64,000 nucleotides of DNA from Alphaproteobacteria bacterium (GCA_017853315.1 JAFMJW010000004.1:3008-67007); one strand, 5' to 3'; shown: positions 1 to 11,058, counted from the first letter of the stretch. The notes: generated by a model not told the origin, from the sequence alone. Program-made: numbers and translations.

Positions 1-1159
1 CGCCGCCCGGGGCCGGCGTCGCACCGGGCGGCCCCTCCATGCGCTTGGCCACGACGTCGAACGACTGGATCGCCTGGTTGGTCGCGGTCGCGGTGCCGGT
101 CGCCGCATCGAACGCGCCGTGCCAGTCGCGCGCGAGCGCGCCGAGCCGGGCGGACTCGGAGCCCAGGTCCGCGACCAGCTGCCGGCGCTCCTGCGAGATC
201 CGGTCGGGAAGCCCCTCGACGGTGCCGGCGACCTTCGACATCGCGAGGCTCGCGCGGTCGACCGCGTCGACCGCCTTGTCCACGTCGAGCCCCTGCGCCA
301 CGTCGTTCGCGAGCAGCTCCCCGTTCATCCGCAGGAGATAGGGCAGCCGCTGGACGCTGAAGAGCATGCGCTCGCCGAACTGGCGCGTCTCGGCGATCTC
401 GCGCGTGGCCGGGTCGAGACTCGCGAGCGGGTCCACGCCGAGGATCCCGAGCAGGCTCGGGAGTCCCGTGTTCTGGCCGGGCGAGCGACTCTGCGCGCTC
501 GACAGGAGCTGCTGCAGGTCGATCGTGTCGAGCGCGCCCGAGTCGTACTTCGAGGTGTCCGCGCTCGCGATCGCGGACTCGAGCGCCGTGAACTCGGCCG
601 GCGACAGGAAGTCGCGCACCAGCGTCCGGACGTCGCCGCCCGCCGCGGCCAGCACCTGGTCGACGCTCCCGCGGTCGTCGCCGAGCACCCGGGTGAGAGA
701 GGGGCCGTTCAGCAGGCGACGGGCCACGTCGATCGTCACCATCATGTCGATCGCGTTCGCGTAGGGATTCGGACCCGAGGCCGCGTTCCAGAGCGCGGTC
801 GCGAGGTCGAGGCGCAGGCGCAACAGCGACTCGCGTTCGCGCGGTGCCTCCGTCTCCTCGAGCGGATCCGCGGTCTCGCGGATCACGTTCGAGACCACCC
901 GGTCGGAGAGCATCGCGAGTTGCAGGTACATGAAGACCGGGTCGCGCGTTGCGCCCGCACCCCGGGAGGACAGCGTCGCGTCGGGTCCGGACGCGGCACC
1001 GCCCGGGGCGGTCTTCGCCGACGAGCCGCCGAAGACCGACGGCATCCGGAAGGACGGCAGGTGGAGCCCGGAGACGAGTCCGCAGCCTTGCAGGAGGAGC
1101 GCCGCGGCGAGCACCAGGGCCGGCGCACCACGACGCCGCGGTGGCCCGGGCGACAGCAT
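1..1159 (-). CDS. putative lipoprotein (partial; 3' end runs off the window start)
   Basis: The reverse complement of 1081-1159 reads MLSPGPPRRRGAPALVLAAALLLQGC..., a signal peptide with an LLQGC lipobox. The ATG is at 1159 and the frame stays open to position 1. It is absent from the ORF track because it is truncated. Translated by eye. Confidence 0.4.
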   Translation of the reverse strand, partial: MLSPGPPRRRGAPALVLAAALLLQGCGLVSGLHLPSFRMPSVFGGSSAKTAPGGAASGPDATLSSRGAGATRDPVFMYLQLAMLSDRVVSNVIRETADPLEETEAPRERESLLRLRLDLATALWNAASGPNPYANAIDMMVTIDVARRLLNGPSLTRVLGDDRGSVDQVLAAAGGDVRTLVRDFLSPAEFTALESAIASADTSKYDSGALDTIDLQQLLSSAQSRSPGQNTGLPSLLGILGVDPLASLDPATREIAETRQFGERMLFSVQRLPYLLRMNGELLANDVAQGLDVDKAVDAVDRASLAMSKVAGTVEGLPDRISQERRQLVADLGSESARLGALARDWHGAFDAATGTATATNQAIQSFDVVAKRMEGPPGATPAPGG

Positions 1160-1296
1160 GGCTCGGGTCCATAGACCGCGTGCCCGAGAAGGCGCAATCC
1201 GGCCGCGGACGGGACGAGGTTCGCGCCGAGGTGCGATCGCCCGCCCGCGAGGGCGAGCGACTGAGCAGCCGGGGCCGGCTCGCCGGAGGCAGCGGT

Positions 1297-1866
1297 TCAG
1301 GGCTCGGTGCCGCCGTCCGCCCCGGCGCCGCCGGGCGGCGCCGACGTCGGTGCCGGGAAGAGCGCGTCCTGGAAGCCGAAGCGGGAGAGGTCCCGCATGC
1401 GCATCGGGAACAGCATCCCGAGCAGGTGGTCGCACTCGTGCTGCACCACGCGGGCATGAAATCCCTCGACGGTGCGATCGATCGGCGCGCCGTGCGCGTC
1501 GAAGCCGCGGTAGCGGAGCCGGCGGAAGCGCGGCACGACGCCGCGCAGCCCGGGCAGCGAGAGGCAGCCCTCCCAGCCTTCCTCCTCTTCGTCGCCGAGC
1601 GGCTCGAGCACCGGGTTCACGAGCACCGTGAAGGGGACCGGCGGCGCGTCGGGGTAGCGCGGGTTCGTCCGGCCGGAGCCGAACACGACCACCTGGAGGT
1701 CGACCGCGACCTGCGGTGCCGCGAGCCCCGCTCCGTCGGCCGCGTGCATCGTCTCGACGAGGTCCCCGACCAGGGCGTGGAGCTCGGGCGTGTCGAACTC
1801 GCGTACCGGCTGCGCCACGCGCAGCAGCCGGGGGTCGCCCATGCGGAGGATCTGCCGGATCGCCAT
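1297..1866 (-). CDS. def: peptide deformylase
   Basis: GCLSLPG and HECDHL motifs, about 189 aa, typical PDF length. Confidence 0.9.
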   Translation of the reverse strand: MAIRQILRMGDPRLLRVAQPVREFDTPELHALVGDLVETMHAADGAGLAAPQVAVDLQVVVFGSGRTNPRYPDAPPVPFTVLVNPVLEPLGDEEEEGWEGCLSLPGLRGVVPRFRRLRYRGFDAHGAPIDRTVEGFHARVVQHECDHLLGMLFPMRMRDLSRFGFQDALFPAPTSAPPGGAGADGGTEP

Positions 1867-1903
1867 CGTCTCTCGTCGGCCCGTCGGCCCGTCGGCCCGT
1901 CGC

Positions 1904-3145
1904 CTAGGGTCCTGCCACGCCGGGGGCCGTCGGGAAAGACCCGCCGTCCACCGGTGGTGCGAGCAGCGGCGCCACGCGCTCGGCCAGGAGCCCCGCCGCG
2001 ATCGCCGTGCCCTCGGCCGAGAGATGGTCGTCGCCGGGCGCCGCGTGGCCGATCGCGCGGCCCAGGGCGAACGCAGGGAGAAGCGCCTCGAAGGGATCGA
2101 CCACGAGAATGCCGTCGTCGCGAAGCGCTGCGAGGAAACCCGCGTAGGACTCGGAGCGGCGGCCGGCCGAGAGATCGACGGACGTCGGCACGGCGAGCAC
2201 GACGAGGCGAGCGCGCGGCGCGAGGCTCCGCGCGAGCGTCGCGAGCAGCTCGCGGCCGACGTCCTCGCCGCCGGGCGAGCCGTCGACTTCGGCCGCGACG
2301 CAGGGGAAGATCTCGCGAACGCGCGCGAGTTCCGCCTCGTACTCCGCCCGCCAGTCGCGCACGCCGACCCGTCCGTGGAGGAAGCGCACGAGGTTGGTCC
2401 GGCCCGCGAGGTCGGCGCTCGTGCGACCGCAGCAGCCCGCGAGCGCGCGGACGACCCGCGATCCCAGGTCGACGTCGGGCCATCCCTCGGCCCGCGGCAC
2501 CGGCACGTTCGCGAGGCAGAGCCCGCCGTCGCGGCGCACGAAGACCGGCTTCGCGACGCCGTGAGAGCGCACCGAGGCGGTCTCCTCGAGGTCGTTCTTC
2601 GCGAAGAAGGTGAAGACCACGACGTCGGGCGCGTAGTCCTGCCCGCGCACCGCCCACGCGAGCACGCTCTGGTCGATGCCGTAGCCGCTCGTGCCGAGGT
2701 TCACGACCTCCGTCCCCGGGTGGCCGAGTCGCCCGAGCGCCTCGGCGAGGCGCGCGCCGAGCGTCTCGTCGTCGCCGACGCCGAAGCCCCAGGTCTGCGA
2801 GTCGCCGAGCAGCACGACCCGCGGCGACGCGCCGCGCGCGCGCGGCACGTCGGGGCCGCGCTCGCCGCGCGCGTTCTGCGTCACGACCGCTCCCCAGGGT
2901 GCGAGCCAGCGGACGTCGGGCAGTCCCGCGTAGCCCGTCACCGGGTCGTAGCGATAGCACCAGTAGCGCTCCTGCGAGGGCATCCCGTGGCCCGCGGGCG
3001 GCAGCGCGCGCGCGTCGTCCCAGAGAGGCCGGGAGGCGAACAGCAGGATCTCCAGCAGGGCGAAGCTCGCGATCGCGACCCACGCGGGAAAGAGCAGCGC
3101 GGCCGCGATCCGCCGCGCCGCGCTGCTTGAGACCGGCCATGCCAC
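1904..3145 (-). CDS. SGNH/GDSL-family hydrolase with N-terminal membrane anchor
   Basis: GDSQTWG block (catalytic Ser) and a C-terminal DDHLS (Asp/His). N-terminal hydrophobic segment. Sits upstream of def on the same strand. Confidence 0.7.
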   Translation of the reverse strand: MAWPVSSSAARRIAAALLFPAWVAIASFALLEILLFASRPLWDDARALPPAGHGMPSQERYWCYRYDPVTGYAGLPDVRWLAPWGAVVTQNARGERGPDVPRARGASPRVVLLGDSQTWGFGVGDDETLGARLAEALGRLGHPGTEVVNLGTSGYGIDQSVLAWAVRGQDYAPDVVVFTFFAKNDLEETASVRSHGVAKPVFVRRDGGLCLANVPVPRAEGWPDVDLGSRVVRALAGCCGRTSADLAGRTNLVRFLHGRVGVRDWRAEYEAELARVREIFPCVAAEVDGSPGGEDVGRELLATLARSLAPRARLVVLAVPTSVDLSAGRRSESYAGFLAALRDDGILVVDPFEALLPAFALGRAIGHAAPGDDHLSAEGTAIAAGLLAERVAPLLAPPVDGGSFPTAPGVAGP

Positions 3146-3150
3146 GGCCT

Positions 3151-4344
3151 ATGGACGGTCGCATGGAACGACGCGCGGCCCAAGCGGCGATCACCGGCCT
3201 CGGCATCACCGAACAGGGCAAGGTCTACGGCCCGAGCGCGGTGGGCTTCGCGGTCGACGCGATCCGCCTGGCGCTCGACGACGCGGGCCTCGAAGCGAAG
3301 GATCTCGACGGCCTGCTCGTGAACCCGGGTCTCTCCTGGGGACAGGCGGCGCAGATGGGATCCTTCGCCGTGCAGCAGGCGATGGGGCTGCGCGACCTGC
3401 GGCTCTCGGCGGCGATGAACCTGGGCGGCGCGACCGCGGGCGCGATGGTCATGCAGGCGGTGCTCGCGATCGAGGCCGGGCTCGCGAACCACGTCGCCTG
3501 CGTGTTCTCGGACGCGCCGCTCAAGCCGCCGAAGCCCCGGGACGGATCCGGGGGCGGATCGGGATCGTCGGGCGCCTACGCCTTCGCGGGCGGGCTCGAA
3601 GCCGCCTACGGCGCCTTCGGCGTGAACGGCCTCTACGCGCTCCTCGCGAGCCGCCACATGCACCGCTTCGGCACGACCCACGACCACCTGGGCGCGATCG
3701 CCGTCGCCGAGCGGGCGTGGGCGCAGCACAACCCGCGCGCGCAGTTCCACGGCAAGACGCTCACGCTGGCGGAGTACCACGCCTCGCGCTGGGTCGCGGA
3801 GCCCTTCCACCTGCTCGACTGCTGCCTGGTCTCGAACGGCGGGCTCGCCGTCATCGTGAGCCGCGGCGACCGCGCCCGCTCGCTCGCGAAGCCGCCGGTG
3901 TGGGTGCGCGGCATGGGACAGGGACACCCGGGCGGCGACCCGCTCGAGACGCTCGCCTCGGGTGCGCCGCTCGCCGCCCGCGACGCCTTCGCGATGGCGG
4001 GCGCGACGCTCGCCGACGTCGACTTCTGCGAGCTCTACGACTGCTACACCTTCACCGTGCTGGTCACGCTCGAGGACTACGGCTTCTGCGCCAAGGGCGA
4101 GGGTGGCCCGTTCGTCGCCGACGGCCGGATCGGCCCGGGCGGCGCGCTGCCGGTGAACACCGGCGGCGGCCAGCTCTCGTCGTTCTACATGTGGGGCATG
4201 ACGCCGATCGGCGAGGCGGTGATCCAGGTCCGCGGCGAGGGCGGCGGCCGACAGGTCGCGAAACACGACCTGGGCCTCGTGAGCGGCAACGGCGGCGTGC
4301 TCTCGACGCACACCACCCTGCTCCTCGGGAGGGAGCCGCGATGA
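3151..4344 (+). CDS. thiolase-like protein (SCP-x/nonspecific lipid-transfer-type thiolase)
   Basis: ITGLGITEQGKVYG and a C-terminal NTGGGQLS thiolase-fold signature. ATG at 3151 is in frame with the ORF at 2899. Confidence 0.75.
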   Translation: MDGRMERRAAQAAITGLGITEQGKVYGPSAVGFAVDAIRLALDDAGLEAKDLDGLLVNPGLSWGQAAQMGSFAVQQAMGLRDLRLSAAMNLGGATAGAMVMQAVLAIEAGLANHVACVFSDAPLKPPKPRDGSGGGSGSSGAYAFAGGLEAAYGAFGVNGLYALLASRHMHRFGTTHDHLGAIAVAERAWAQHNPRAQFHGKTLTLAEYHASRWVAEPFHLLDCCLVSNGGLAVIVSRGDRARSLAKPPVWVRGMGQGHPGGDPLETLASGAPLAARDAFAMAGATLADVDFCELYDCYTFTVLVTLEDYGFCAKGEGGPFVADGRIGPGGALPVNTGGGQLSSFYMWGMTPIGEAVIQVRGEGGGRQVAKHDLGLVSGNGGVLSTHTTLLLGREPR

Positions 4345-4757
4345 GCGCGACGGAGTTCCCGAAACCGGTCCCGAAGGCGACCCCGGAGCTCTTGCCCTTC
4401 CTCGACGCCGCGCGCGCGGGGAGGCTCGCCGTCCAGCGCTGCGGCGCCTGCGGCACGCTGCGCTTCCCGCCGCGCGAGTTGTGCAGCCGCTGCTGGTCGC
4501 GCGAAGTCGAGTGGACGGACGTCTCGGGTCGCGGCGAGGTCTTCGCGTTCTACGTGATGCACCAGGTGTACCATCCCGGCTTCGTCGCCGACGTGCCCTA
4601 CCCGGTCGTGGTGGTGAAGCTCGACGAGGGGCCGACGATGGTCTCCAACGTGGTCGACTGCCCGCGCGAAAAGCTCCGCATCGGGCTTCCGGTCGAGGTC
4701 GTGTTCGAGGAGCGGGAGGGCGTGGCGCTGCCGAAGTTCCGCCCGCGGGCGCCGTGA
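4341..4757 (+). CDS. DUF35 (OB-fold/Zn-ribbon) protein, thiolase partner
   Basis: [18 protein letters not shown] zinc ribbon. Its start overlaps the thiolase stop (ATGA). A canonical thiolase-DUF35 pair. Confidence 0.7.
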   Translation: MSATEFPKPVPKATPELLPFLDAARAGRLAVQRCGACGTLRFPPRELCSRCWSREVEWTDVSGRGEVFAFYVMHQVYHPGFVADVPYPVVVVKLDEGPTMVSNVVDCPREKLRIGLPVEVVFEEREGVALPKFRPRAP

Positions 4758-5470
4758 AGCGGGTCGCCGGTCGCGACCGCGCCGGCGCGACGGCGCTCGC
4801 CGTCGCGATCGCCCTCCTCGCGTGGGCGGGTTCCGCGACGGCTGCTCCCGCGGCGACGCCCGCCGCCTCGCCCGGGGCGACGTCCGCGGCACCGTCGGCG
4901 GCGACGCCCGAGGCGCGCGCGATCTTCGCGGGCGGATGCTTCTGGTGCGTCGAGGCCGCCTTCGACGAGGTCGACGGCGTGCTCGGCACGACCTCCGGCT
5001 TCGTCGGCGGACACGTGGAGAACCCGACCTACGCGCAGGTCTCCGCCGGCGGCACCGGCCACGCCGAGGCGGTCCTCGTGGTGTACGACCCGAAGCGCAC
5101 GACCTACGAGCACCTGCTGGACGTCTTCTGGCACAACGTCGACCCGCTCGCGGCCGGACGCCAGTTCTGCGACGTCGGCGACCAGTACCGCAGCGCCATC
5201 TTCTGGCTCGACGAGGAACAGCACCGGGCCGCGCTCGCCTCGAAGGAGGCGCTCCTGCGGGACGGACGGCTGCACGGGCGGATCGTGACCGAGATCCTCC
5301 CCGCCGGCCGTTTCTGGCCGGCCGAGGAGTACCACCAGGACTACCACCGCAAGAACCCGGCGAGGTACCGCTACTACCGGTGGTCCTGCGGCCGCGACGC
5401 CCGCCTTCGCGAGGTCTGGGGCGAGGCGGCCCCGCACGGGGACGGCCCGCACGGAGAGAGCGCGCACTGA
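4754..5470 (+). CDS. msrA: peptide methionine (S)-sulfoxide reductase MsrA, with predicted signal peptide
   Basis: GCFWCVE active-site motif. GTG start at 4754 overlaps the DUF35 stop (GTGA). N-terminus [20 protein letters not shown] looks like a secretion signal. Confidence 0.85.
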   Translation: MKRVAGRDRAGATALAVAIALLAWAGSATAAPAATPAASPGATSAAPSAATPEARAIFAGGCFWCVEAAFDEVDGVLGTTSGFVGGHVENPTYAQVSAGGTGHAEAVLVVYDPKRTTYEHLLDVFWHNVDPLAAGRQFCDVGDQYRSAIFWLDEEQHRAALASKEALLRDGRLHGRIVTEILPAGRFWPAEEYHQDYHRKNPARYRYYRWSCGRDARLREVWGEAAPHGDGPHGESAH

Positions 5471-5592
5471 GCGGGCCCCCGCGGGCGGCGCGATTCCGCG
5501 CCTCGCCCGCTCCGTGTTCCGAGGCTAGGATCGGCACCAGCCGGAACGCCGCCGCCTTCCGCGGCCACGCTCGCCGGACGGAGCCCGAAGAC

Positions 5593-6012
5593 ATGTCGCA
5601 GGACAAGGTCGTGAAGTCGGACGAGGAGTGGCGCGCGCAGCTCGGGCCCGACCAGTTCGAGGTCTGTCGCCGCAAGGCGACCGAGCGCGCCTTCACCGGG
5701 CGGTACTGGGACCACCACGAGCAGGGCACCTACTGCTGCGCCGCGTGCCGCGCCGACCTCTTCTCGTCGGCGACGAAGTACGACTCGGGCAGCGGCTGGC
5801 CGAGTTTCTGGGAACCGGTCGCCGCCGACCGGATCGCCGTCGAGGAGGACCGCAGCCACGGCATGCGGCGCACCGAGATCCTGTGCGCAAGGTGCGGGTC
5901 GCACCTGGGCCACGTCTTCGAGGACGGGCCGAGGCCGACCGGCCTGCGCTACTGCGTCAACTCCCTGTCGCTCGACTTCGAGCCGGGGAAGAAGGAGGGA
6001 GAGTCGAAATGA
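5593..6012 (+). CDS. msrB: peptide methionine (R)-sulfoxide reductase MsrB
   Basis: CxxC...CxxC zinc site and the RYCVNS catalytic motif. About 139 aa. Confidence 0.9.
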   Translation: MSQDKVVKSDEEWRAQLGPDQFEVCRRKATERAFTGRYWDHHEQGTYCCAACRADLFSSATKYDSGSGWPSFWEPVAADRIAVEEDRSHGMRRTEILCARCGSHLGHVFEDGPRPTGLRYCVNSLSLDFEPGKKEGESK

Positions 6013-6932
6013 ACGAGCAGGACCGCGACTCGATCTTCACCATCGCGATCATGGCGGCGCTGGCCGACGGGACCGCGACGCCAGCCGAGCTCGAGCGCGT
6101 TCGCGCGCTCGGCACCACGCTCGGCGCCGCCGACCTCGACGCGATCGCCGGCCGGGTCGCGCTGGGCGCGGTCTCGCTGGCCGAGACCGCGCAGCACCTC
6201 TCCGGCGCCGAGGCGAAGAGGGCCGCCTGGGAAGCCGCCGTCGCGGTCGTCATGGCCGACGGCGTCGCCGACGCCGCCGAGAAGCGCTTCCTCGACCAGC
6301 TGCGCGGCTCGCTCGGGCTCGACGAGGGCACCGCGTCCGCAGCCGAGCGAAGCGCCACCGACTTCGCGGGCTCGACCGCGCGCCCGCTCGAGGTGGTCGA
6401 GCACCCCGCCGGCAACGCGACCGGTGCCGGCCTCGACGACCTGATCCTGCAGCAGTCGATCGCGACCGCGGCCTGCGAGCTCCTGCCCGACCGGCTCGCG
6501 AACCTGGCGATCCTCCCGCTGCAGGCGCGCCTCGTCTACCGCATCGGGCAGGCGAGCGGGCAGCCGCTCGACGCCGAGCAGGCGAAGGACCTGATGGGCG
6601 CGCTCGGGCTGGGCGCCGCGGCGCAGATCGCCGAGACCGTCGTGCGCCGCGTGCTGGGCGGCGTCGCCGGCGGGATCCTCGGACGCGCGGTCGGCGGTCT
6701 CACCGGCGTCGCGGCCGGCGCCGCGGTGACCTTCGCGTCGACCTGGGCGCTCGGCCACGCGGCGCAGCAGTACTACGCGCAGGGCCGCCAGCTCTCCGCG
6801 GACGACCTCCGCAAGCTCTTCGAGCGGTTCCGCGGCGAGGCGATCGCGCTCTACCCGAAGGTGCGCGAGCAGGTCGAGGCGCAGGCGAAGTCGCTCGACC
6901 TGGAGAAGATCCTGAAGCAGTCGCGCGCCTGA
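6009..6932 (+). CDS. TerB-like N-terminal domain / DUF533-like membrane-associated protein
   Basis: N-terminus [20 protein letters not shown] resembles the TerB fold. The C-terminal half is Gly/Ala-rich and amphipathic. Its start overlaps the msrB stop (ATGA). Confidence 0.5.
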   Translation: MNEQDRDSIFTIAIMAALADGTATPAELERVRALGTTLGAADLDAIAGRVALGAVSLAETAQHLSGAEAKRAAWEAAVAVVMADGVADAAEKRFLDQLRGSLGLDEGTASAAERSATDFAGSTARPLEVVEHPAGNATGAGLDDLILQQSIATAACELLPDRLANLAILPLQARLVYRIGQASGQPLDAEQAKDLMGALGLGAAAQIAETVVRRVLGGVAGGILGRAVGGLTGVAAGAAVTFASTWALGHAAQQYYAQGRQLSADDLRKLFERFRGEAIALYPKVREQVEAQAKSLDLEKILKQSRA

Positions 6933-6987
6933 GGCGCGCAGGCGGGTCCGTGGACGGACGGCCGACGCCTTCCGTCCACGGCGGGCC

Positions 6988-7965
6988 TCACGGCAGCAGT
7001 ACGATCGAGCCGGTGGTCTCGCGTCCCTCGAGGGCGCGGTGCGCCCGCTGCGCGTCGCGGAGCGGGAAGCGGTGGTGCACCGGGATCTTGACGCTCCCGC
7101 CCGCGACCACCTCGAAGAGTTCGTTCGCGGTGGCGACCAGGTCCTCGCGCCGCGCGACGTAGGAGAAGAGCGAGGGACGGGTCGCGAACAGCGATCCCTT
7201 CGCCGTCAGCAGCGACAGGTCGAACGGTCCGACCGGGCCCGAGGCGTTCCCGAAGCTCACGAACAGGCCGAGCGGCCGCAGGCAGTCGAGCGAGGCCGGG
7301 AAGGTCGCGCGACCGACGCCGTCGTAGACCACGTCGCAGAGCCGGCCGCCGGTGATCTCGCGCACCCGCGCGACGAAGTCTTCGTCGCGGTAGAGGATCG
7401 CGTGGTGGGCGCCGTGGGCGAGCGCGAGCTCCGCCTTCTCGCGCGACCCGACCGTGCCGATGACGGTCGCGCCGAGCGAGCGCGCCCACTGGCAGAGGAT
7501 CAGGCCGACGCCGCCGGCCGCGGCCTGGACGAGGATCGTCTCGCCGGGAGCGACGCGGTGCGTGCGTCGCAGCAGGTACTGCGCGGTCATGCCCTTCAGC
7601 ATCATGCCGGCGGCCTGCTCCCAGCCGATCGACGCGGGCAGGCGCACCGCGAGCGCGGCCGGCAGGTTGCGCTCCTCGGCATAGCCGCCGAGCGCGCTCA
7701 CGTAGGCGACCCGATCGCCGCGCGAGAACTCCGTCACGCCGGGTCCCACCGCGACCACCTCGCCCGCCCCCTCGTTGCCGGCGACGAACGGCAGGCCGAC
7801 CGGCGAGGGATAGAGCCCGGTGCGGAAGTAGGTGTCGATGTAGTTCACGCCGCAGGCGTGCTGGTGGATGCGGATCTCGCCCGCCCCGGGATCGCCAGGG
7901 TCGAAGGGCTCGAAGCGCAGGACTTCCGGGCCACCGAGCTCGTGCACTCTCACCGCGTTGGACAT
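6988..7965 (-). CDS. qor: NADPH:quinone oxidoreductase (zeta-crystallin family MDR)
   Basis: AAGGVG nucleotide-binding motif and GxxGxxG. MDR-family length with start taken at MSNAVRVHEL. Confidence 0.8.
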   Translation of the reverse strand: MSNAVRVHELGGPEVLRFEPFDPGDPGAGEIRIHQHACGVNYIDTYFRTGLYPSPVGLPFVAGNEGAGEVVAVGPGVTEFSRGDRVAYVSALGGYAEERNLPAALAVRLPASIGWEQAAGMMLKGMTAQYLLRRTHRVAPGETILVQAAAGGVGLILCQWARSLGATVIGTVGSREKAELALAHGAHHAILYRDEDFVARVREITGGRLCDVVYDGVGRATFPASLDCLRPLGLFVSFGNASGPVGPFDLSLLTAKGSLFATRPSLFSYVARREDLVATANELFEVVAGGSVKIPVHHRFPLRDAQRAHRALEGRETTGSIVLLP

Positions 7966-8274
7966 CGCGACCTCCGTCGGGCGCGCGGTCGTGGCGCCGC
8001 CGGCCTCCCGCAAGGGGTAGCACGGAGCCCCGGGACGGTCCCGCCGGGGACGGGGGCCCGGGACGCGAGGACGTCCCGACCTGCCGCGCTCAGGTCGCGG
8101 GAGAGACGACCGCGGCGGCCTCGATCTCGATCACGTCCTCGCAGCGCCCGCCCGTCCCGCCCCGCCCCCGCGCCGTCGGCCTTCGACGGCCGTCGAACCG
8201 CGGCGGCTGTCGGAGCCCGGCGCGTGTGCTATCCGGGGAGCACACCCCGGCTTCCCGCCGGACCAGCCGTCCGC

Positions 8275-10077
8275 ATGTCGATCCCCCGGTCGCACGAACG
8301 GCCCGGCGGACTGCTTCGCCGGGTGCCAGCGCTCGAGTCCCTGCGTTCCTACGGCAGGGAGGACGCGCGCGCCGACCTGCTCGCCGGGCTCTCGGTCGCC
8401 GCCGTCGCGGTGCCGCAGGCGATGGCCTACGCGATGATCGCCGGGCTGCCCGCGGAGTACGGCCTCTACACCGCGATCGTCATGACCGCGGTCGGCGCCG
8501 TTCTCGACTCCTCCCGCCAGCTCATCAACGGCCCGACGAACGCGATCTCGATCGCGCTGCTCTCGGCGATCGGCGGCTTCGCATCCCAGGACGAGCGCGT
8601 GCAGGCCGCGGTGCTCATGGCGCTGCTCATTGGCCTGATCCAGGTCGGCATCAGCCTGCTGCGCCTGGGCGACCTGACGCGCTACATCTCGCACTCGGTC
8701 ATCGTCGGCTTCACCGCGGGCGCGAGCGTATTGCTGGTGCTCGACCAGCTGAAGAACCTGCTCGGGCTGCAGGCGATGGGCGGCGCCCACGACCACTTCC
8801 TCGCGCGCGTCTGGCTGACGCTCGGCCAGGGCGGGCCCGTCCACCTGCCCACGCTGCTCGTGGGCCTCGCGACGATCGCCTTCGTGCTGCTCCTGCGCGG
8901 GGCGAAGCGGGCGACCGGGTGGGAGCTCCTCCCCGACTTCCTCCTCGCGGTCGTGGCCGCCGGCTTCGCCTCGTGGTGGCTCGGACTCGACGCGATGGGC
9001 GTGAAGGTCGTGGGCGACATCCCGGCGAAGCTGCCTTCGTTCCGCGTGCCGACGATCGACCCCGACCGGGTGCGCGACTTCGCGAGCGGCGCGCTGGCGA
9101 TCGCGCTGCTCGGGCTGCTCGAGGCGATCTCGATGGCCAAGGCGATCGCGTCGGTCACCCGCCAGAAGCTCGACCTGAACCAGCAGTGCCTGAGCGAGGG
9201 CGTCGCGAACCTCGCCGGCAGCTTCTTCCAGTGCATGCCCGGCTCGGGCTCGCTCACGCGCTCGGCGATCAACCAGCAGGCCGGCGCGCGCACCCAGTGG
9301 TCGGGCGTCGTCTCGGCGCTGGCCGTCGCCCTCATCATGATGGCGTTCGCGCCCTGGGCCCGCTTCATCCCGCGGTCGGCGCTCGCGGGGCTCCTCATGC
9401 TCACCGCCGCGCGCATGGTGCGGCTCGACGAGCTCGCGTTCCACACCCGGACGTCGCGCTTCGACGCGGCGATCGTCGCCGCCACCGCGATCTCGGCCTT
9501 CGCGATCTCGATCGAGTTCTGCGTCCTGATCGGCGTCTTCATGTCGTTCATGCTCGCGGTGCCGCGCACCGGGCAGATGCACCTGACCGAGTTCGTCGTC
9601 GCCGACGACCGGGCCCTCCACGAGCGTTTGCGCGACGACCCCGTGTGCGGCTGCGTGCTCCTGTTCGGGCTCGAGGGCGAGATGTACTTCGGCTCGGGCG
9701 TGAGCCTCGAGAACCACCTCGACGCGATCGCCGACCGCATCGAGCCGTGGACCCGCATCGTGCTGCTGCGGCTCAAGCGGGCGCGCAACCCCGACGCGGT
9801 CGGGATCTCGCTGCTCGCCCACTTCGTCGAGCGGATGCAGGCGCGCGGCGTCGAGGTCGTCCCCTGCGGGGTTCGCGACGGCATGTACAGCGCGATGGAG
9901 ACCTCGGGGCTCGCCGACGAGCTCGGGCGGGAGAACATCTTCCGCGAGCAGTCGGTGCGCCAGACGAGCACGCTCATGGCCCTGCGCCACGCCCGCGAGC
10001 GGATGGGGAACGCCTGCCCGCGCTGCGGCGGTCGCGGCGGCCTGCCCGCCGGGGACGTGCTGCACTACGTGATCTGA
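8275..10077 (+). CDS. SulP-family sulfate/anion permease with C-terminal STAS domain
   Basis: AVPQAMAYAMIAGLP SulP signature, multiple transmembrane segments, and a C-terminal STAS-like region (LLFGLEGEMYFGS). Confidence 0.85.
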   Translation: MSIPRSHERPGGLLRRVPALESLRSYGREDARADLLAGLSVAAVAVPQAMAYAMIAGLPAEYGLYTAIVMTAVGAVLDSSRQLINGPTNAISIALLSAIGGFASQDERVQAAVLMALLIGLIQVGISLLRLGDLTRYISHSVIVGFTAGASVLLVLDQLKNLLGLQAMGGAHDHFLARVWLTLGQGGPVHLPTLLVGLATIAFVLLLRGAKRATGWELLPDFLLAVVAAGFASWWLGLDAMGVKVVGDIPAKLPSFRVPTIDPDRVRDFASGALAIALLGLLEAISMAKAIASVTRQKLDLNQQCLSEGVANLAGSFFQCMPGSGSLTRSAINQQAGARTQWSGVVSALAVALIMMAFAPWARFIPRSALAGLLMLTAARMVRLDELAFHTRTSRFDAAIVAATAISAFAISIEFCVLIGVFMSFMLAVPRTGQMHLTEFVVADDRALHERLRDDPVCGCVLLFGLEGEMYFGSGVSLENHLDAIADRIEPWTRIVLLRLKRARNPDAVGISLLAHFVERMQARGVEVVPCGVRDGMYSAMETSGLADELGRENIFREQSVRQTSTLMALRHARERMGNACPRCGGRGGLPAGDVLHYVI

Positions 10078-10118
10078 GCTCCGCCGCCGGGACCGCTCGC
10101 CCGCCGGGGTCGTCCCGC

Positions 10119-10544
10119 TCAGTCCTCGGAGGAGGCGCGCGTGCCGCGCGCGCGCTTCACGTCCGAGCGCGCCCGCTTGTCGGAGAGCCGACGCTCGCGC
10201 GCCGCCCGGCCGGGCTTCGTCGGCCGCCGCGGGCGCGGCGGCACCGCGACGGCGGCGAGCATCGCGCGGAGCTTCTCCACGCAGTCGGCGGCGTTGCGCC
10301 CCTGGTCGCGGTAGCGGTCGCTCGACAGTACGACCTCGCCCGCGAGCGTGACGCGGGTCGCGAAGCGCTCGAGGAACCGCTCGCGGACGTCGGCCGCGAT
10401 CGCGGACGACGACGCGACCGGCCAGCGCAGCACGGCCTTCGTGTTCACCTTGTTGACGTTCTGGCCGCCCGCGCCCGAGCTCCGCACGAAGCGGATCTCG
10501 AGCTCGCGCAGCGGCACGGCCGGCGTCTCCGCGGGCGCGCTCAC
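10119..10544 (-). CDS. arfB: alternative ribosome-rescue factor ArfB (peptidyl-tRNA hydrolase, GGQ family)
   Basis: SGAGGQNVNKVNTKA GGQ motif, a basic C-terminal tail, 141 aa. GTG start overlaps the stop of the upstream GNAT gene (GTGA). Confidence 0.85.
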   Translation of the reverse strand: MSAPAETPAVPLRELEIRFVRSSGAGGQNVNKVNTKAVLRWPVASSSAIAADVRERFLERFATRVTLAGEVVLSSDRYRDQGRNAADCVEKLRAMLAAVAVPPRPRRPTKPGRAARERRLSDKRARSDVKRARGTRASSED

Positions 10545-11053
10545 GGCAGCGGCTTCTCCCAGAAGAAGGTCTGCTCGGGGCGGCCGCCGAGCGCCTCGCC
10601 CGGGGCCCCCGCCCCGCCGACGAAGCCGACGCTGCGGTAGAGGCCCTGCGCGACCCGGTTGTCGCCGCGCACCTCGAGCGTGATGCGGCAGCAGCCGAGC
10701 GCGCGCGCCCGCTCCTCGACCGCGGCGAGCAGCCGCCGGCCGATCCCTGCGCGCCGGCGCGACGGCACGACGGCGAGGTCGTGCAGGTTCAGCAGCGGGC
10801 GCGCACTCCAGGTCGAGAAGCCGCGGAAGCAGACCGCGATGCCGACGGGCTCGTCGCCCTGCCAGGCCAGCAGCACGAACCCGGTCGGGTGCGCCGCGAG
10901 GCCGGGCACGAGCGCGCGGCGCACGTCCCCGGGCAGGGGGCGTCCGCCGTGCATCGCCTCGCGCGCGTAGCCGTCGACCAGGTCGACGACCGCGCGCGCG
11001 TCGACCGGGTCGTCGAGCGCCGCCTCGCGAACGATGAACGGCGCCGCGGCCAC
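10541..11053 (-). CDS. GNAT-family N-acetyltransferase
   Basis: RRAGIGRRLL acetyl-CoA-binding motif. GTG start at 11053 was chosen 5 nt after the SDR stop. The longer ORF upstream of that is Arg-rich shadow. Confidence 0.6.
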   Translation of the reverse strand: MAAAPFIVREAALDDPVDARAVVDLVDGYAREAMHGGRPLPGDVRRALVPGLAAHPTGFVLLAWQGDEPVGIAVCFRGFSTWSARPLLNLHDLAVVPSRRRAGIGRRLLAAVEERARALGCCRITLEVRGDNRVAQGLYRSVGFVGGAGAPGEALGGRPEQTFFWEKPLP

Positions 11054-11058
11054 CGGGA

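Noticed and set aside
949-4989. Very long ORFs on both strands (949..2613 +, 1617..3221 -, 2938..4989 -) encoding Arg/Pro/Ala/Gly-rich polypeptides
   Set aside because: These are typical antisense or off-frame shadow ORFs of a roughly 70% GC genome. They overlap the well-supported def, SGNH-hydrolase and thiolase genes and contain no motifs.
10078-10118. Possible bidirectional terminator between the convergent SulP permease and arfB
   Set aside because: Only imperfect GC-rich inverted repeats were found (gggaccg...ggtcgtccc), with no clear stem plus U-tract. Too weak to call.
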